A stretch of 64,000 nt of DNA from assembly GCA_964035545.1 (NCBI GenBank), contig OZ037770.1:4186662-4250661 (forward strand). The letters run 5' to 3'. This DNA is from Bugula neritina (Eukaryota > Animalia > Bryozoa). Below the pieces are notes generated by a model. The model ran no database searches, was not told the origin of the DNA, and saw only the letters and a program-made list of their open reading frames with translations. Numbering within the stretch: the stretch's first letter is position 1; every line of letters begins with the position of its first letter. Position numbers and translations under genes: made by a program. This document shows, piece after piece, positions 1 to 13,900 of the stretch.

Positions 1-189
1 AAAACCGAGCTATGATTCCCTCTACAAACCTAGTCTCTCTCCTTTGCTTGTCCCAAACGTATAGGAGAGGTAATTAGTAAGATTGTTAGCTGTGCTGTGA
101 GTACAGTAGTTAATGCTTTGTTACTGTTAAAAAAACAATGGTTAATACTACTATCAAATATTCACGAAACGTTATAGCTGGCCTTCCTG

Positions 190-255
190 TGAGCAACTCC
201 TAATGGGAAGAGTTTTTGTTAAATCCGGCTAAGGACTTATTCAGATGTGGCACAG
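190..255. repeat. Short dispersed repeat, second copy at 37966-38031
   Basis: Core ggct(a/g)aggacttattcagatgtggcacag is shared with 38003-38031, with weaker similarity upstream. Confidence 0.6.
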
Positions 256-292
256 ATTGAGTAACCAAAATAACTGGCTGCTCCCTTAGATA

Positions 293-447
293 ATATTACA
301 ATAGTTAAGGCTAAATTCCTTTTGAAGCAACACTGGCTAGGATGATATTACAATGGTTAAGGCTAAATTCCTTTTGAAGCAACACTGGCTAGGATGATAT
401 TACAATAGTTAAGGCTGAATCCCTTTTGAAGCAACACTGGCTAGGAT
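293..447. repeat. 52-bp tandem repeat x3
   Basis: Unit atattacaatagttaaggctaaattccttttgaagcaacactggctaggatg starts at 293, 345 and 397. Confidence 0.9.
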
Positions 448-619
448 TAAAGCAATTACCACTATAGTAGGCTATGCTATGTGGTTATTACTACAGTAGT
501 TAATACTAAATTGGTTAATATTACAGTAGTTATTACTGCAGTAGTTATCACTACAGTGGCTGAGTATATAGTGGTAAATAATACAATGGTTGCTGTTACT
601 GTTACAATGGTTACTGGTT

Positions 620-1265
620 ATATACAAATATATAACTCTTTTGTAAATTCTAAATTAACATATTGCCTAGAATGGTGGGGTAATGCAGCAAACATTTATC
701 TTGAACCACTACATTTACTACAAAAGAAAATACTGAGAATTATATATAAAAAGCATCACCTTTCCCCATCTAAACCACTGTTTCTTAGTTCTTCAATCAT
801 GCCTATTCACACTCTACACAAATTCAAACTAATACTGCTCTCACATAAACTTTACTATTCTCAACTAACACATCTCACACATAACTATCCCACAAGATTT
901 TCAGAGTTCAGCCTACAAACTCCTCCATCATCAACTGCTGCAGGTCAACGAAGAGTGGAATTCCAATGTTCGTCGCTATGGAATAAATTGCCTAGTTCTA
1001 TTCGTGCTGTGGGGAGGGAGGCTGGTTTCAAACTTGCCCTGAGAGACCATCTAATGGCAAATTTCCAGATAAAAAAATAATACTTTTTGAGTTGCTAAAA
1101 CTTCCAAAAACCTAAACAAAAATCTTATATAACTGTCAACCATTCATGGCTCGGTGCCTCGATTAGCTACAGTGCTATTGCGCCATAGGCCCTGTCATTT
1201 TGTTTATTTTTCTCAATTAATTTTTCCCCGACTACGACAAAATAAAAACAAACAAACAAACAAAC
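620..1265 (+). mobile_element. 5'-truncated CR1-group LINE: C-terminus of ORF2, 3' UTR and (AAAC)n tail
   Basis: ORF to 1080 reads YCLEWWG..LQKKILRII..SKPLF..HNYPTR..LWNKLPSSIR, typical of the post-RT region of CR1/L2/Crack-type elements; AATAAA plus (AAAC)n tail at 1241-1265; second copy at 62605-62854 (-). Confidence 0.85.
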
Positions 1266-2562
1266 AGTAGCTAGCAGCATGTTTACATGCACACTGTGTG
1301 TATGGTGTTTCATAGTCCATCATCATAGTATATTAATAGCTCTTAAACAAAACAATAAATTCCTACAACTGCGCAGCAAAAACCACAACTATATAGTGAA
1401 TCAAGTGTATTGCAAAAGTTTAAGGCAACAAAGCTGCCAGAACATTTCTGTGCCATTTTTTGGAATTACTTGGGGCTGGTGGTGCAATTTGGGTGATTAA
1501 TGGGATCTGGAACACATCATTTTTGTTTATTTGCTTTTGTGTATTATGCTGCTGCTGTTGGAAAGCATTGGTTATCCTGATCAGTTGCAATTCAAAGAGC
1601 CAAAGAGCAAGTTATACTACTTATAATTTTACATTATACAAGATAAATATTACTAACTATTGAAATCTAAGAGCAGAAGCTATATTATCAAGTTATCAGA
1701 GAAGCGCTAAAGGTTTGTCTGCTATTAATCTTTTTACCATTATTGTCTTAATGCTGTAATATCGATACATTCAGTCTATATTATATAGAATAGCTTAGTA
1801 TAGCTGACATTATTATTAGTGAACTATTATGCAGTAATATTTTTTCCTACTTTAATAATTTTTATGTGTGTTATTTCCTTACAGTTCTTATACTTTCTTG
1901 TACTTTATTTAGCCTCATATTGTGTGTACTTTATTTAGATTTCACGGTATGTAGCTTTGTGAGCAAAAGTGTTATAAGTTGGAATAAAATACTGATAACT
2001 ACACTCACAAGACATCAGTTGAATTCTTAAACCTACTCTGATAAGCTTGCTGTTGCTAGCAGACCAAACAAAACTGCTACAGTTACTACTAGAGTTATTA
2101 TTGGTATTTTCTGGTATTCTGTTACAACTTACTGTATATAGTGGTTACTAATATGGCTATGTCTTAGTGATTTACTATAACAGTATTATATGCATATATA
2201 ACTTATGGTAATTACCTTGTAGATGACTCCTCTCGTTCTGGGTACGTCTATCTGAAGCTGGGTCCTACAGAGAAGTGACTTCAGATAGCTGTTGGGTGTA
2301 GCAAGGTACTTCTTTCCTGTTAGGTCCACCTCAACTCAGCTCAGCCAGTTAACGTCAAGGGTGGCTGCATCTTCATATAAGGGTATGGCCAGTTCAATGA
2401 AAACTTGTTGAACTAGTTATGCAAAGTCCTTTATTAACACATTAGTGTAGAATTTGTGTTTACACAAAGAAGACTATTGAAGACTATATAATAAGCTGCT
2501 TTATTTCTTTGTGCAGTTTAAATTGCTTGCAAAAACTGATTTAGAGCAAGCTTTGCCTGGTC

Positions 2563-2945
<383 letters not shown>

Positions 2946-3669
2946 TGTAAGTACCAGAAGTGTTTACTACAAATGAAACTTTGCCTGCAATGTTAAGCCA
3001 CGCCCACTGATATCTACTATTACTATATGAAATGTTATATTTGGGTATATGTAGCAAAAGTGAATTATATTTTTTGCACTACTAATACTAAAACATATGA
3101 ATGGCTGTCGCACAAGAATATTTTCATAAATAAAGCTAAAAGATATCAGTTTCTGCTACATAAAAAATGTAAATGAGATTTGTGATATTTGTATAACAAT
3201 AAATTAACAATTATTTTGATATAACAAATGCTTTGCTGTTATACGCATAGAATAAATGGCTTCCAGCCTAAAATGTTTCCAGAAGTAAATTCTTTAGAAA
3301 GGATTTCAAGTGAGTCTGATTATGAAAGAAAAACAGTGCACAACAAAAGCGATCGTGAAAACTGCAATTAAATTAACCCTGAAGCAGTTATTTGAGAGTT
3401 GTCTTTCTCAATTTTGCTGCAAAGAGCGAGACTTATATTACCAAAGTTCAACGTACGAATAGCCACAAAGCTACACGATGTTGAAAATGCCATTTCAACA
3501 AAAGCTTTCCTGAATCCATTTCGTACACTTCTACACTTATGCCAGTTATCAAAACATTGATTATAAAAAATAATAGTCAATAATTAAAGTGCTCCAGCAT
3601 CCCATATTATTCGTGTTTATTTTATGATCATAATTTTTCAGAACGTGTCCAGTAGCATTAATAATGCTC

Positions 3670-3890
3670 ATATAATTACTAATAGTAATACTAATTTTAA
3701 TAGTATTTAGTATTAATAATATTAGTATTACTAGTAGTAGTAGTAATTTACTAAAACTAAAAGTAAAAGTAAATTGCCATTACTATTACTATTAGTATTA
3801 CTATTAGTATTACTATTAGTATTAGTGTATTACTATTAGTATTAGTGATTACTATTGCTATAAGTATTAGTATTACTATTAGTATTAGAC
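3670..3890. repeat. Degenerate (TATTAG/TATTAC)n low-complexity repeat
   Basis: Repeated tattactattag units. Confidence 0.75.
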
Positions 3891-4938
3891 TTGGTAAAAC
3901 TAAATTAGGTTAACTCAAATTTGTAATTTAATATCGTTATTATTATTAATAAAATTTTCAATATTCATTAAACTTGAAAAATACAATGGTCATGGATACA
4001 CTAATCTTTGAAGTTGATAAATTTCAGTTTCAGTGTTAGACTAATAGTAATACTATGAGTATGATATTCATAGCGACTTATGCTATTCGTATTAGTATTA
4101 CTATTAAAGTATTATTATTACTCAATATTGCTATTAGTATTACTTGTACTTATAGTTATAGTGTTAGTGTTTTAGTATGACTCTTGTTAATGATAATATT
4201 AAAAGTGACTTCATGTTATACCCGATCACAATGAATAAGATTGGCAAACTTAGAATGCTGATTTGGTACTGCAATGTGAATCTTTGGCCTGTTTTATATG
4301 TGATGCTCATACACTTTGACGTACACTGATCCCCATTAATTATCAGTAGGATAATCCTCTGTGATGATGTTATTGTTACTGATTAGTGGGTTGCAAAAAC
4401 TGATGAGTGAATGAATAATATAAATCAGTAGTATTTGATAGTTTATTGTTGTAATCATGCCGTTGTTGATACTCACAGCTACAATGCTTCATTACTGATC
4501 ATACTCGTAGTGGTACTAATAATCTAATAGTAATAGTCGTAGAGCTAATCATAATCATCACGATGTGAGAATGTTAAGTGATCACTATGGTTAGTTAAAC
4601 TTAAAGAATTTACATTAAATATTTACTGAAAAGCTGTTTGATGAAGATGTGTTCCTATTTTGTATGATCACTCGCAATGACACTGTCTACTGTATTTGTC
4701 AGTTATATATCACCTTTTCATTGAGATCACAATTTTAAAAATGGCTCTAAATTGTTTTACTTCTGTCACTATTACTATCATTTTATTATTGTACCTATTT
4801 TTTGCTTTGTTGAATATTAATATAGGTATCATTGCATTTGTAATCACTTTGATAAAATTAGAATTTAACCAAACTAATCATTGATTTAAAAATACTATTT
4901 ACTTTTTAGGGATATGTGATGTAGTCTGCCATTGACTG

Positions 4939-7900
4939 ATGATGCTATCTGACAAGCTATGTCTCAGTCTGTTGGTGGCTGTGTGTCTTGTAGTGTACCA
5001 AGGAGCTCTCCACTGTGACTTTGTGTTTGATGATGTGTCTGCGATTAAGGAAAATAAAGACCTCAGGCCAGACACCTCCTATCTTAACTTGTTCTATAAT
5101 GACTTCTGGGGCACTCTCATGAGTAAAGTATGTTGTTTATTCTAGCCCTTATAAAGCTTATCAAAACGTTTAGTAACTGAGTTTATTTAATAATATAGTT
5201 CCCTGATTGATCAGCTGTATATCTAACTAAGTTTTCATACATATTCTGTTTGTTGCAATAATTTGGTTTTTCTTCAAGTTCATGAACTCAGCTCCTTGAT
5301 AAAAGTAAATTTTATTTGAGTTTATATAATAATATGTTTTAAATTCATCTCTTTGTATGCTTTTGTGGTAATACTTCGGTGCTTTATTTTTGGTATTTGT
5401 TTATTTTGTGTCACCACTTTATTATCTTAAGTTACTCAAGCTGTTATGTTTATTGTTTTAGACTCCACTAAATATACATTATTGTTTTTAGTTATTGATT
5501 AATCAATGTTAGTCTCAGAAACCTATAAGCTTTTTGAGTACATACTTTTATGATTTTATGATAATATCAACAGTTTTCTGCATTCTAATTCTGGGATATT
5601 CCTTGTAGGAGAAAAGTCACAAATCCTATCGACCTCTAACTGTACTCACTTTCCGATTTAATTACTGGTTTGGAGAACTGGAGCCGTATGGATATCATCT
5701 ATACTCAACATCATTCTACACTCATTAGTCACTATCCAGTTTTATTGGTGAGCTCAGGCTATGTAAAGATATACTCAAGTATTGTATACTCTCAGGCTAT
5801 GTAAAGATATACTAAAGTATTGTATACTCTCAGGCTATGTAAAGATATACTCAAGTATTGTATACTCTCAGGCTATGTAAAGATATGCTCAAGTATTGTC
5901 TGCCCTCAGGCTAGGTAAAGATATACTCAAGTATTGTATATTCTCAGGCTATGTAAAGATATACTCAAGTATTGTATATTCTCAGGCTATGTAAAGATAT
6001 TCTCAAGTATTGTATACTCTCAGGCTATGTAAAGATATACTCAAGTATTGTATACTCTCAGGCTATGTAAAGATATACTCAAGTATTGTATACTCTCAGG
6101 CTATGTAAAGATATACTCAAGTATTGTATACTCTCAGGCTATGTAGAGATATACTCAAGTATTGTATATTCTCAGGCTATGTAAAGATATACTCAAGTAT
6201 TGTATATTCTCAGGCTATGTAAAGATATACTCAAGTGCTGTGCGATGGCTAGCCTCAGTTCCTCACTCTTATTTGCCGTTCACCCGGTGCATGTTGAAGC
6301 TGTGACTGGCGTTGTGGGTCGGGCCGAATTACTTTCTGCCTCACTGGCTTTATTAGTCATGCTGGTATACGACAAGTCAATCCACAGCAAAGGAATTGCC
6401 AGTAAGTGTTTTGTCATTAGAGTTATCTTTCTTATTTTATTCCCATACAGTGTTCCCTCCATATCTCGCTAAGCTGCAGGTTCTGAAACCTCAATCCGTG
6501 ACATAGTAGAATGCTAGATTTAACTCATAGATCTGTTAGAGTCAGCCATCTTGTCCCTATACACACACATAAGCCACCAAACAAGGGTCCAAGCTTTTCT
6601 AGTGAATTATGGGATTCCGTGAGATATGGAGCCGTGAGATATGGAGGGAACACTGTATTGTCATGCTGACACATGTCAATGAGGTCATCACTAATGTTTT
6701 AGAGACTAGGATCAGTCTAATTGATTTAATCATTTATTTAATTATCTATTCAATGTAGTCCTTAGCTACATGAGTTTACTATTACAGCATGAGTCAGCTT
6801 TGTGTTCAGTTGAAATAGAATTTTGTCTTCTAAACCAAACAACAACAAAAATATTTCGTAGGATAACAGTTTTTTAAAGTACAAAATTTGTTATCCCATG
6901 AAATATTTTTGGAGTTTTCTTCCTTTCATACCAACTGATCAGTTGTCTATCTACCAATATAATATTTTGTGTTTATTTCTACTTTGTGATTGGCAGATAA
7001 ACAGTCTACTAGTAATCACTCTCCTGTATCTTCACTACTCTGCTACCTGTTAACTCTAAACCTTTCAGGTATATTTGGTTACCTGTGTACTGTACTGTTG
7101 CTGTTGGCTGCCACTCTGTGTAAGGAACAAGGCATCACCATCTCTGCCGTCTGCCTGCTTTACGATCTATTTATAGTACAACAGGTAAGAAGTACCTGCA
7201 CCTTGGTGTCACTCAATGCGTGAATTACAGCAAAGCTGGCCAACAGGTGGCCCCAGGGTCGGATGTGGCCCCCAGCTTACATTTATGTGGCCCTTGAAGG
7301 CATAACAGATAAACTTATATATGAATTAGAGTAGGAAAACCTCCCTTTAAATGTCTTATCTTTATATAAATTAAAAACATGCAGCCTGCAGTAGTAAGAA
7401 AGACTTTATTGTGTAATGATTCATAGGAATTTGGAATAAATTTATTAGAAAATTACTGATACTTTGGCTCCCCCAGCTCAAGCTACATTTACAATGTGGC
7501 CCTCACTACCAGAATATTCCCTTTCAGTGACCCTGAAAAGGTTGGACAACCCTTAATTATAGTTTAGTGATAAGTGATGACCTGTTTAGTAGTAGCAAGT
7601 AGTTAATCAAAGTAGTCCAGGCTGCATCACCTGAACTTGTATCTATGGAAATGGTAGTAGATTCTAACCTACACTCTGGTTGCTATGGAAACTCATTATA
7701 TACTATAATTAGACCAACCAAGTGTTCGAAAATAAGCTGCAGTCAATTTTACATAATGCACATTTATACAGTTGATTTTGCCTTCCCATAACATAAGATG
7801 TACTTTTCTGGTTCACATAGTTTCTTTACTCAGTAAATCTCAGCATTCTATCACAAAGTGCCAGCTTACAAATGAGCTTCAAATTAAAATGTCCTTTAAA

Positions 7901-10900
7901 TAGAATATTTTAATAAAACACACAAACTTAGACCGGAGTATTTGTAATGTTGATGTTAATGAACACGGATATGGCATTGTGATATCATATTAACTTGTAT
8001 TGCAGATGGTATTGAAAGATGTGTTGGATTTAGCAATGAAAGTGTTGACTTTGAAGTTGTCTTCCCTTTCCTCATCACACAAGCAGCTGATATACAGAAC
8101 TGTGTTCATGGTTACTTCAGTCATTCTGATTTTGATACTTCGAGTTGGTGTCATGGGGGCACAACTACCTGTATTTACCACGTGAGTTATGAAATCTTCT
8201 ATAAGCAGCTCCGAGTTGGAGGTGACTGGGTGCAGTAGTTCGGGGATTCTCAATTTTATAGTTGGCGGTTCCAACCTAAAGGCCTGGCCTCACACTTGTG
8301 AGAATCACACAACATTTTGTGACGATTTTTGTGAGTTATCCTCTCGTTAATACCAGTCACACACTCGTCGGACGAAAAACATAATAAATAGTCCGTGAAA
8401 AAGTCTCCATTGTCAAATAGAGAAACGAGGTAGAAATTAAATAATTACTGTTGCTAAATTTCTATTGACCAAGCAAAAAGTGTTTATCATTGATTGTGAT
8501 TTTTCGTCCATCGTCTTCGAAGATGATTTTGTTTGAATTCCCTCAAATTCTCCCATATGAATGTTTTTTTTTCGTGTTAGACAATTTCATATGATTCTCA
8601 CGAGTGCATGGCAAGGCCTTAACCCCTCAACTCCCAACTACTGCACTCAGTTACCCAGTAAGGAGAGCTGCCTATAAAACCATCCGTGAGGTATAATGTT
8701 GCATTAATAAATATTGTTGCATGCAGGTGAAATTTCATTCCAAATTCTTATAAATTTAGCATTAAGTCTGCACTGTTGACGAATTCTTTTTAACAAAGTG
8801 TAATAGCTGATATATTTTGCACCCTCAGCTACATGGGATAGTTTTGCAAAGTGACATTATATTGTTTAGCCTGAGAATCTGTTACTCCAGTCTTCTTACT
8901 ATTCGGGTGTCGGTTTAGCAAACCCCATTTTCTAAATGTTTTGAGGGAATTTCCAAACTACACAACAATTTTTGTATAAAGTATTGATTTGGAAATCACT
9001 GAGTAGTGCAAATTGGTTGAGGGAATTATTTTCTCAACCAATTTGCACTACTCAGTGATTTCCAAATCAATACTTTATACAAAAATTGTTGTGTAGTTTG
9101 GAAATTCAGTTATTTTGTGTTATAGCCTCAGTTCTAACCCTAGTTTAGTGTGTTTGGTAGATCTCAGACTTGCTTTATTATTAGTAATACAAAGCTTTAA
9201 ATGCTATACTTTCCTCATAATATTCTCCCTTCTGTTTATTTTGTAGATTTGATAACCCAGCTAGTAATGAGACAATTCCCTACAGACAACTGACTTACAA
9301 CTATCTAGTAGCTGTTAACATGTGCTTGTTGGTATGCCCCGCCTACCTCTGCTGTGATTGGTCAATGGGTACTGTGCCTGTCATACAGTCCTTTCTAGAC
9401 TATAGGAATGTGTGTACAGTTGCAGCATATATAGCAGTCTTCAGACTGGTCAAATACTCCATTCAGTTCAGATCTACCTTCTCAGACAGGATATTTATGG
9501 TAAATAGCTCCTTATAGCTGAAAATATTTAACTTTTTGAAACTATTATTACATCTTAGTGACGTTGTCTTTCCTTAGCTTACACTGTTTCATCAGTATAG
9601 CTAATGATTAAACCATTATATATTGACTTGTATGTTGTAGTCATTAGTACTGATAGTATTTCCATTTCTACCTGCCAGCAACCTGTTCTTCCCTGTCGGC
9701 TTTGTTATAGCTGAGAGAGTGCTTTATATACCTAGCTTAGGATACTGTCTTCTGATTGGCTCGGTATTCACCTACCTGTATAACCAACACAGGTAAATAT
9801 GTTAGAGTGTGTGTGCGTGTGCATTCGTGTGTGTGTACTTGTGCGTTCGTGTTTGTGTACGTGTGCGTTCGTGTGTGTGTGCGTGTGCGCGTGCGCGTGT
9901 GTGTGTGAGCTGGCGGGCGGGGGTGTGTGTACGTATTACAATTTTGAAATTCTAATCTCCTTATTTAACATTTTTTTTTGCATATTTCAACCTTCCTTTT
10001 AATTAGGAAGGAAATATATAAAATAGTTATTATAAACTGTTGTACTATATCATAGTTGTTATGGTATTATATTATATAACTACTTCTCTTGTAGACAGTC
10101 TATATACAGGTATATCCTAGCAGGGAGTTATCTTCTCCTCATTATCTCTGGTGTCATGAGAACTGTGTCCAGGAATAAAGACTGGGATAATGATTACTCA
10201 TTATTTAACTCTGCCTTGAGGTTAGTCACATTCTATTATATAACATGTTTTCACGACAAAACTTCTCATTCAATACGTTTAAATTTTAGATTTACTGATC
10301 AGAATGCTAAAGCGTGGAACAATGTGGGGCACTCTCTTGAATCGGAGGGAAAGTTTGAAGAAGCCTTGCACTATTTCTACAGAGCTGTTAGGTAGTTATC
10401 TTCTCTTACTTGTATCTGAGATGTTATTATAAAATAAGAGACATTGTATAGCTAGTCTTACACTCATTACAACAGAGTACAGCCGGATGATATTGGGTCA
10501 CACATCAATGTAGGCAGAACACTGAAGGAACTGGGAGACAACTCTGGTGCTGAAGTTGCCCTTCGTTCAGCCTTGGAGCTTCTCCCGCCCGTGAAGAAAG
10601 GTGAGTCATTTAAAGATGCCAAATAGGTTCCATTTTTATTGAAATTTTAGTTAGATGACATGTTTAACATGTATAAAACTGTGATGTGTATTTTCTAGGA
10701 AAGTCCTACACTGCTAGAGTTGCCCCCTCTCATCTCAAAGTGTTTCTCACACTAGGAAATCTCATCTCCCAGAATGCTTCTCGATACTCAGACGCTGATA
10801 TACTCTATAAGAGAGCTATTAGCATGAGACCAGAGTTTATTGACGTATGTTAAGTATACATAAGCATCTATAAGCATATATAAGCATGGGAACTGTAAGC

Positions 10901-13900
10901 ATATGAATATTTTTCTGTGTAGAGGAAAGCACTTTTTGCTGTTAGCCCATCTAGATTATCTCAAAGTTGCTTACTTTGGCGAGTTTCACCAACAAACAAG
11001 ATTTTCCTGCAAGAAGTTTCCTTTCAAATGTCATAGCAGAGTATGAGTTTTGAAATACAGTGCACCCTCCAAATCTCACGATTTCTCATAGGGAAGGAGA
11101 AGAGCTTGAACCACCATTTTGTGGCTTATGTATATGTATATTTAACAGATCCGCAAGTTGAATCTAGTATTCTACTATATCACAAATTAAGGTTTTGGGA
11201 CCCACAGCTCAGTGAGATATGGAGGAAGCACTGTATTGATGACGGCCATACTTTCTTCTTATTAGATGTGCTGCTTTCTTTACCATTCTGTTTTAAATTA
11301 AAACAATTCCGGTGTTTCATTCAGGCATATCTGAACTATGGTGAGTTGTTGATGAAAATGGGACGTAGGAAAGAAGCCTCAACCCTCTACAATAAGGCCT
11401 TAGTCTATGATAAGAGAAATGCTGACTTGTACTACAACCTAGGAGTTGTCTTCTTAGAGCTCAAGGATGCTAAGCAGGCTATGAGTCACTTTGATTTGGC
11501 TCTCTCTATCCACTCCAAGCATCAGGTATGTTAAAGCAGCGTAACAGAGGCAGCGTAGGCAGATAGGAAAATGAATTCACCAACTGCTACGAGTTCTTTA
11601 ATTTGATTTATCTTTTATCAAAGTTAAGAGAAGCATTTGACTTGTATCATGTGGAATCAGTTTATAGGATTTTACTGGTTGCTGGTTGCTTCACTTGACA
11701 AATTTATAAGCTATTTTCTATTTAGTAATTTAATTTATTTAATTTCTCTTATGTCCTCACCTGGGAATTGTCATCTCGTGGTGACATCTTTTAAAGTCCA
11801 ACCATTATAAAGTAGAAAGTATCTATATATAGTAACATGTTGCAGTTGGCTCTCTACAACTCAGCTCTGCTCATCCAAGAGTCGGCCCAACAAGAACTTT
11901 ACGGGGAGGGGCTGAGACGTCTCGATCTCCTCATTGAACTCGACCCTAAGGAACCCCGCAACTATTTCTCTGCCGCTCTGTTGGCCACCGACAGCCAGCA
12001 GTTTGCTTTGGCTGAAAGATATTTTATTCAGTGTTTAGAGGTGAGAGATTTTCGTCTAGTCTAGTCAAACGTCTTTCAGATGTTCTGACTTTTACCAACA
12101 AATTTTGTTCCGAAATAAAGGCGAAGGTTTCAAAAAAATTTGCGTGAATAAAAGCCAGAATTTCTTCAACTGTTCTTCAGTTTTTCATTCTAAAGCTGAT
12201 TTCAATTCCTTATAACTTGTGTTGTTTTCTTCCTCTAATGTTTTCTACTTTCTCTTCAAAACTGTGTGAGATAAACCGAAGTTGCCTCCTCTTTTTTTCT
12301 ACTGCTATTTCACAGGCTGATCCTGGTTTCAAGGGAGCGCTATTTAACTTAGCCTTACTTCTAACAAACAGTTTACAGCGGCCCTCTGACGCCATCCCCT
12401 ACCTGAATAGAAATATCCAACTATATCCTGACCATGTTAAGAGTTACCTTCTCCTGGGAGATATCGCCATAAATCATAAGAAAGACCTCCAACTGGCTGA
12501 ACAGGTGAATTTCTGATGTATATTTAGTATTTCAAGTTTCACTTTTCAATTTTAGAGTTCAATTCAAAATAGAAAGGAAACTTGTGTAAAAAGCATGGCT
12601 TAGTTTTATGTATTTCTATTTATTAATAATTTGTGTTGAGTGTTAAAACAAAACAGACTTGTTAATGTTGACAATTTGATAGCAAGTAGAAAGTCGAACT
12701 GAATGGTTCAATAAGCAGCTCCGAGTTGGGGGTCACTGAGTGCAGTAGTTATTGTGTTTGAAGTTGGGGTTTCAATAAAGGAATAAACCCCAACTCTAAA
12801 GAGAACTACTGCACTCAGTGACCCCCAACTCAGAGCTGCTTATAGAACCATTCAGTTGCACTAATTAACTTTGTATACATGTTATTGTAAACTGCTTTCC
12901 TTAGTCTGTTGCATTTCATTTACAACTAAGTATTCAGAAATATTAGCTAATGGATATGCCACATCTAATCTATGTAGGCCTCAGCTATTCAATATAAATC
13001 AATTAATTTATATAACTGTATAGTTGTGTATGCATATTGCTATGTAATCAATAGTAGTAGTGTGAAGTACAGTATATAACAGTGTTGTACTGTGGGTAGT
13101 TAACCTATAGTATAATATAATAAGTACTTCACATAGTAATATGAACTCTATTTAGTCTAGTGTCTAGCTATGTTCACCTTTCTTCTAGTCAATAGTTCAC
13201 CCACCTTTCCCTCAATAACTATAATTTGTAACTATAGATTTATTCAATATTGATAATGTAGAAAGTTAAGAGTTGTGTTCTTCTAAAGACAGTTGTATTA
13301 AAGTTATTCACCGCTACACAGAAATTAGCTGCCTTCACTAATAAAAAAGGATATTGGTTTTGTCATTTCTTTAACTTTTAAATATTTAATTTTTACTAGT
13401 TGTAATTTTGTAATTATATTTCAACTTTTATTGACCTTCAGTGTTTCTATATAATATAATGTAATATAATACCATGTTATTATGACCATTATGTTATTAT
13501 AATTATATATTAAAAAGTTATTTATATATAGTAACATAATCATAGCACACTATCCTATATAACACATACCAAGGTTACATATTTGCATGTTCTTCACAAC
13601 TTGGTAGTAAAATACTGCTAATTACAGGCAATTATTCATACATTACTTTCACAACTCGTTCCCCTGGTAACTATAATTGGCTATTTATTGTTAGTCTCCA
13701 TCTTAGTGTAAGTAGTGTTTAACTACTGTAGGTTATGAGTCTCTGCAGAGTTGATAACTTCATGTTATTGATTGCTCATATAACAGTTTATTAGTTACAT
13801 CTCTATTCACTCTTCATTAGTTATATCCTTCTCACATGCTGCCTGCTGCCTTAGCTACTTCTGTCTTCATTTTCTAGTAACTGCCAGACTTTGTAACTCC

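Noticed and set aside
481-620. N-terminal part of the 199-aa ORF
   Set aside because: Thr/Val-rich low-complexity flank fused by chance to the truncated LINE frame
4400-4420. Other CTGATGA/CTGAAGA matches (for example 4400, 15540, 28372, 31682) as hammerhead cores
   Set aside because: No stem II followed by GAAA and no closing stems
5753-6236. 38-bp regular repeats resembling a CRISPR array
   Set aside because: No unique spacers, eukaryotic intron, no cas genes
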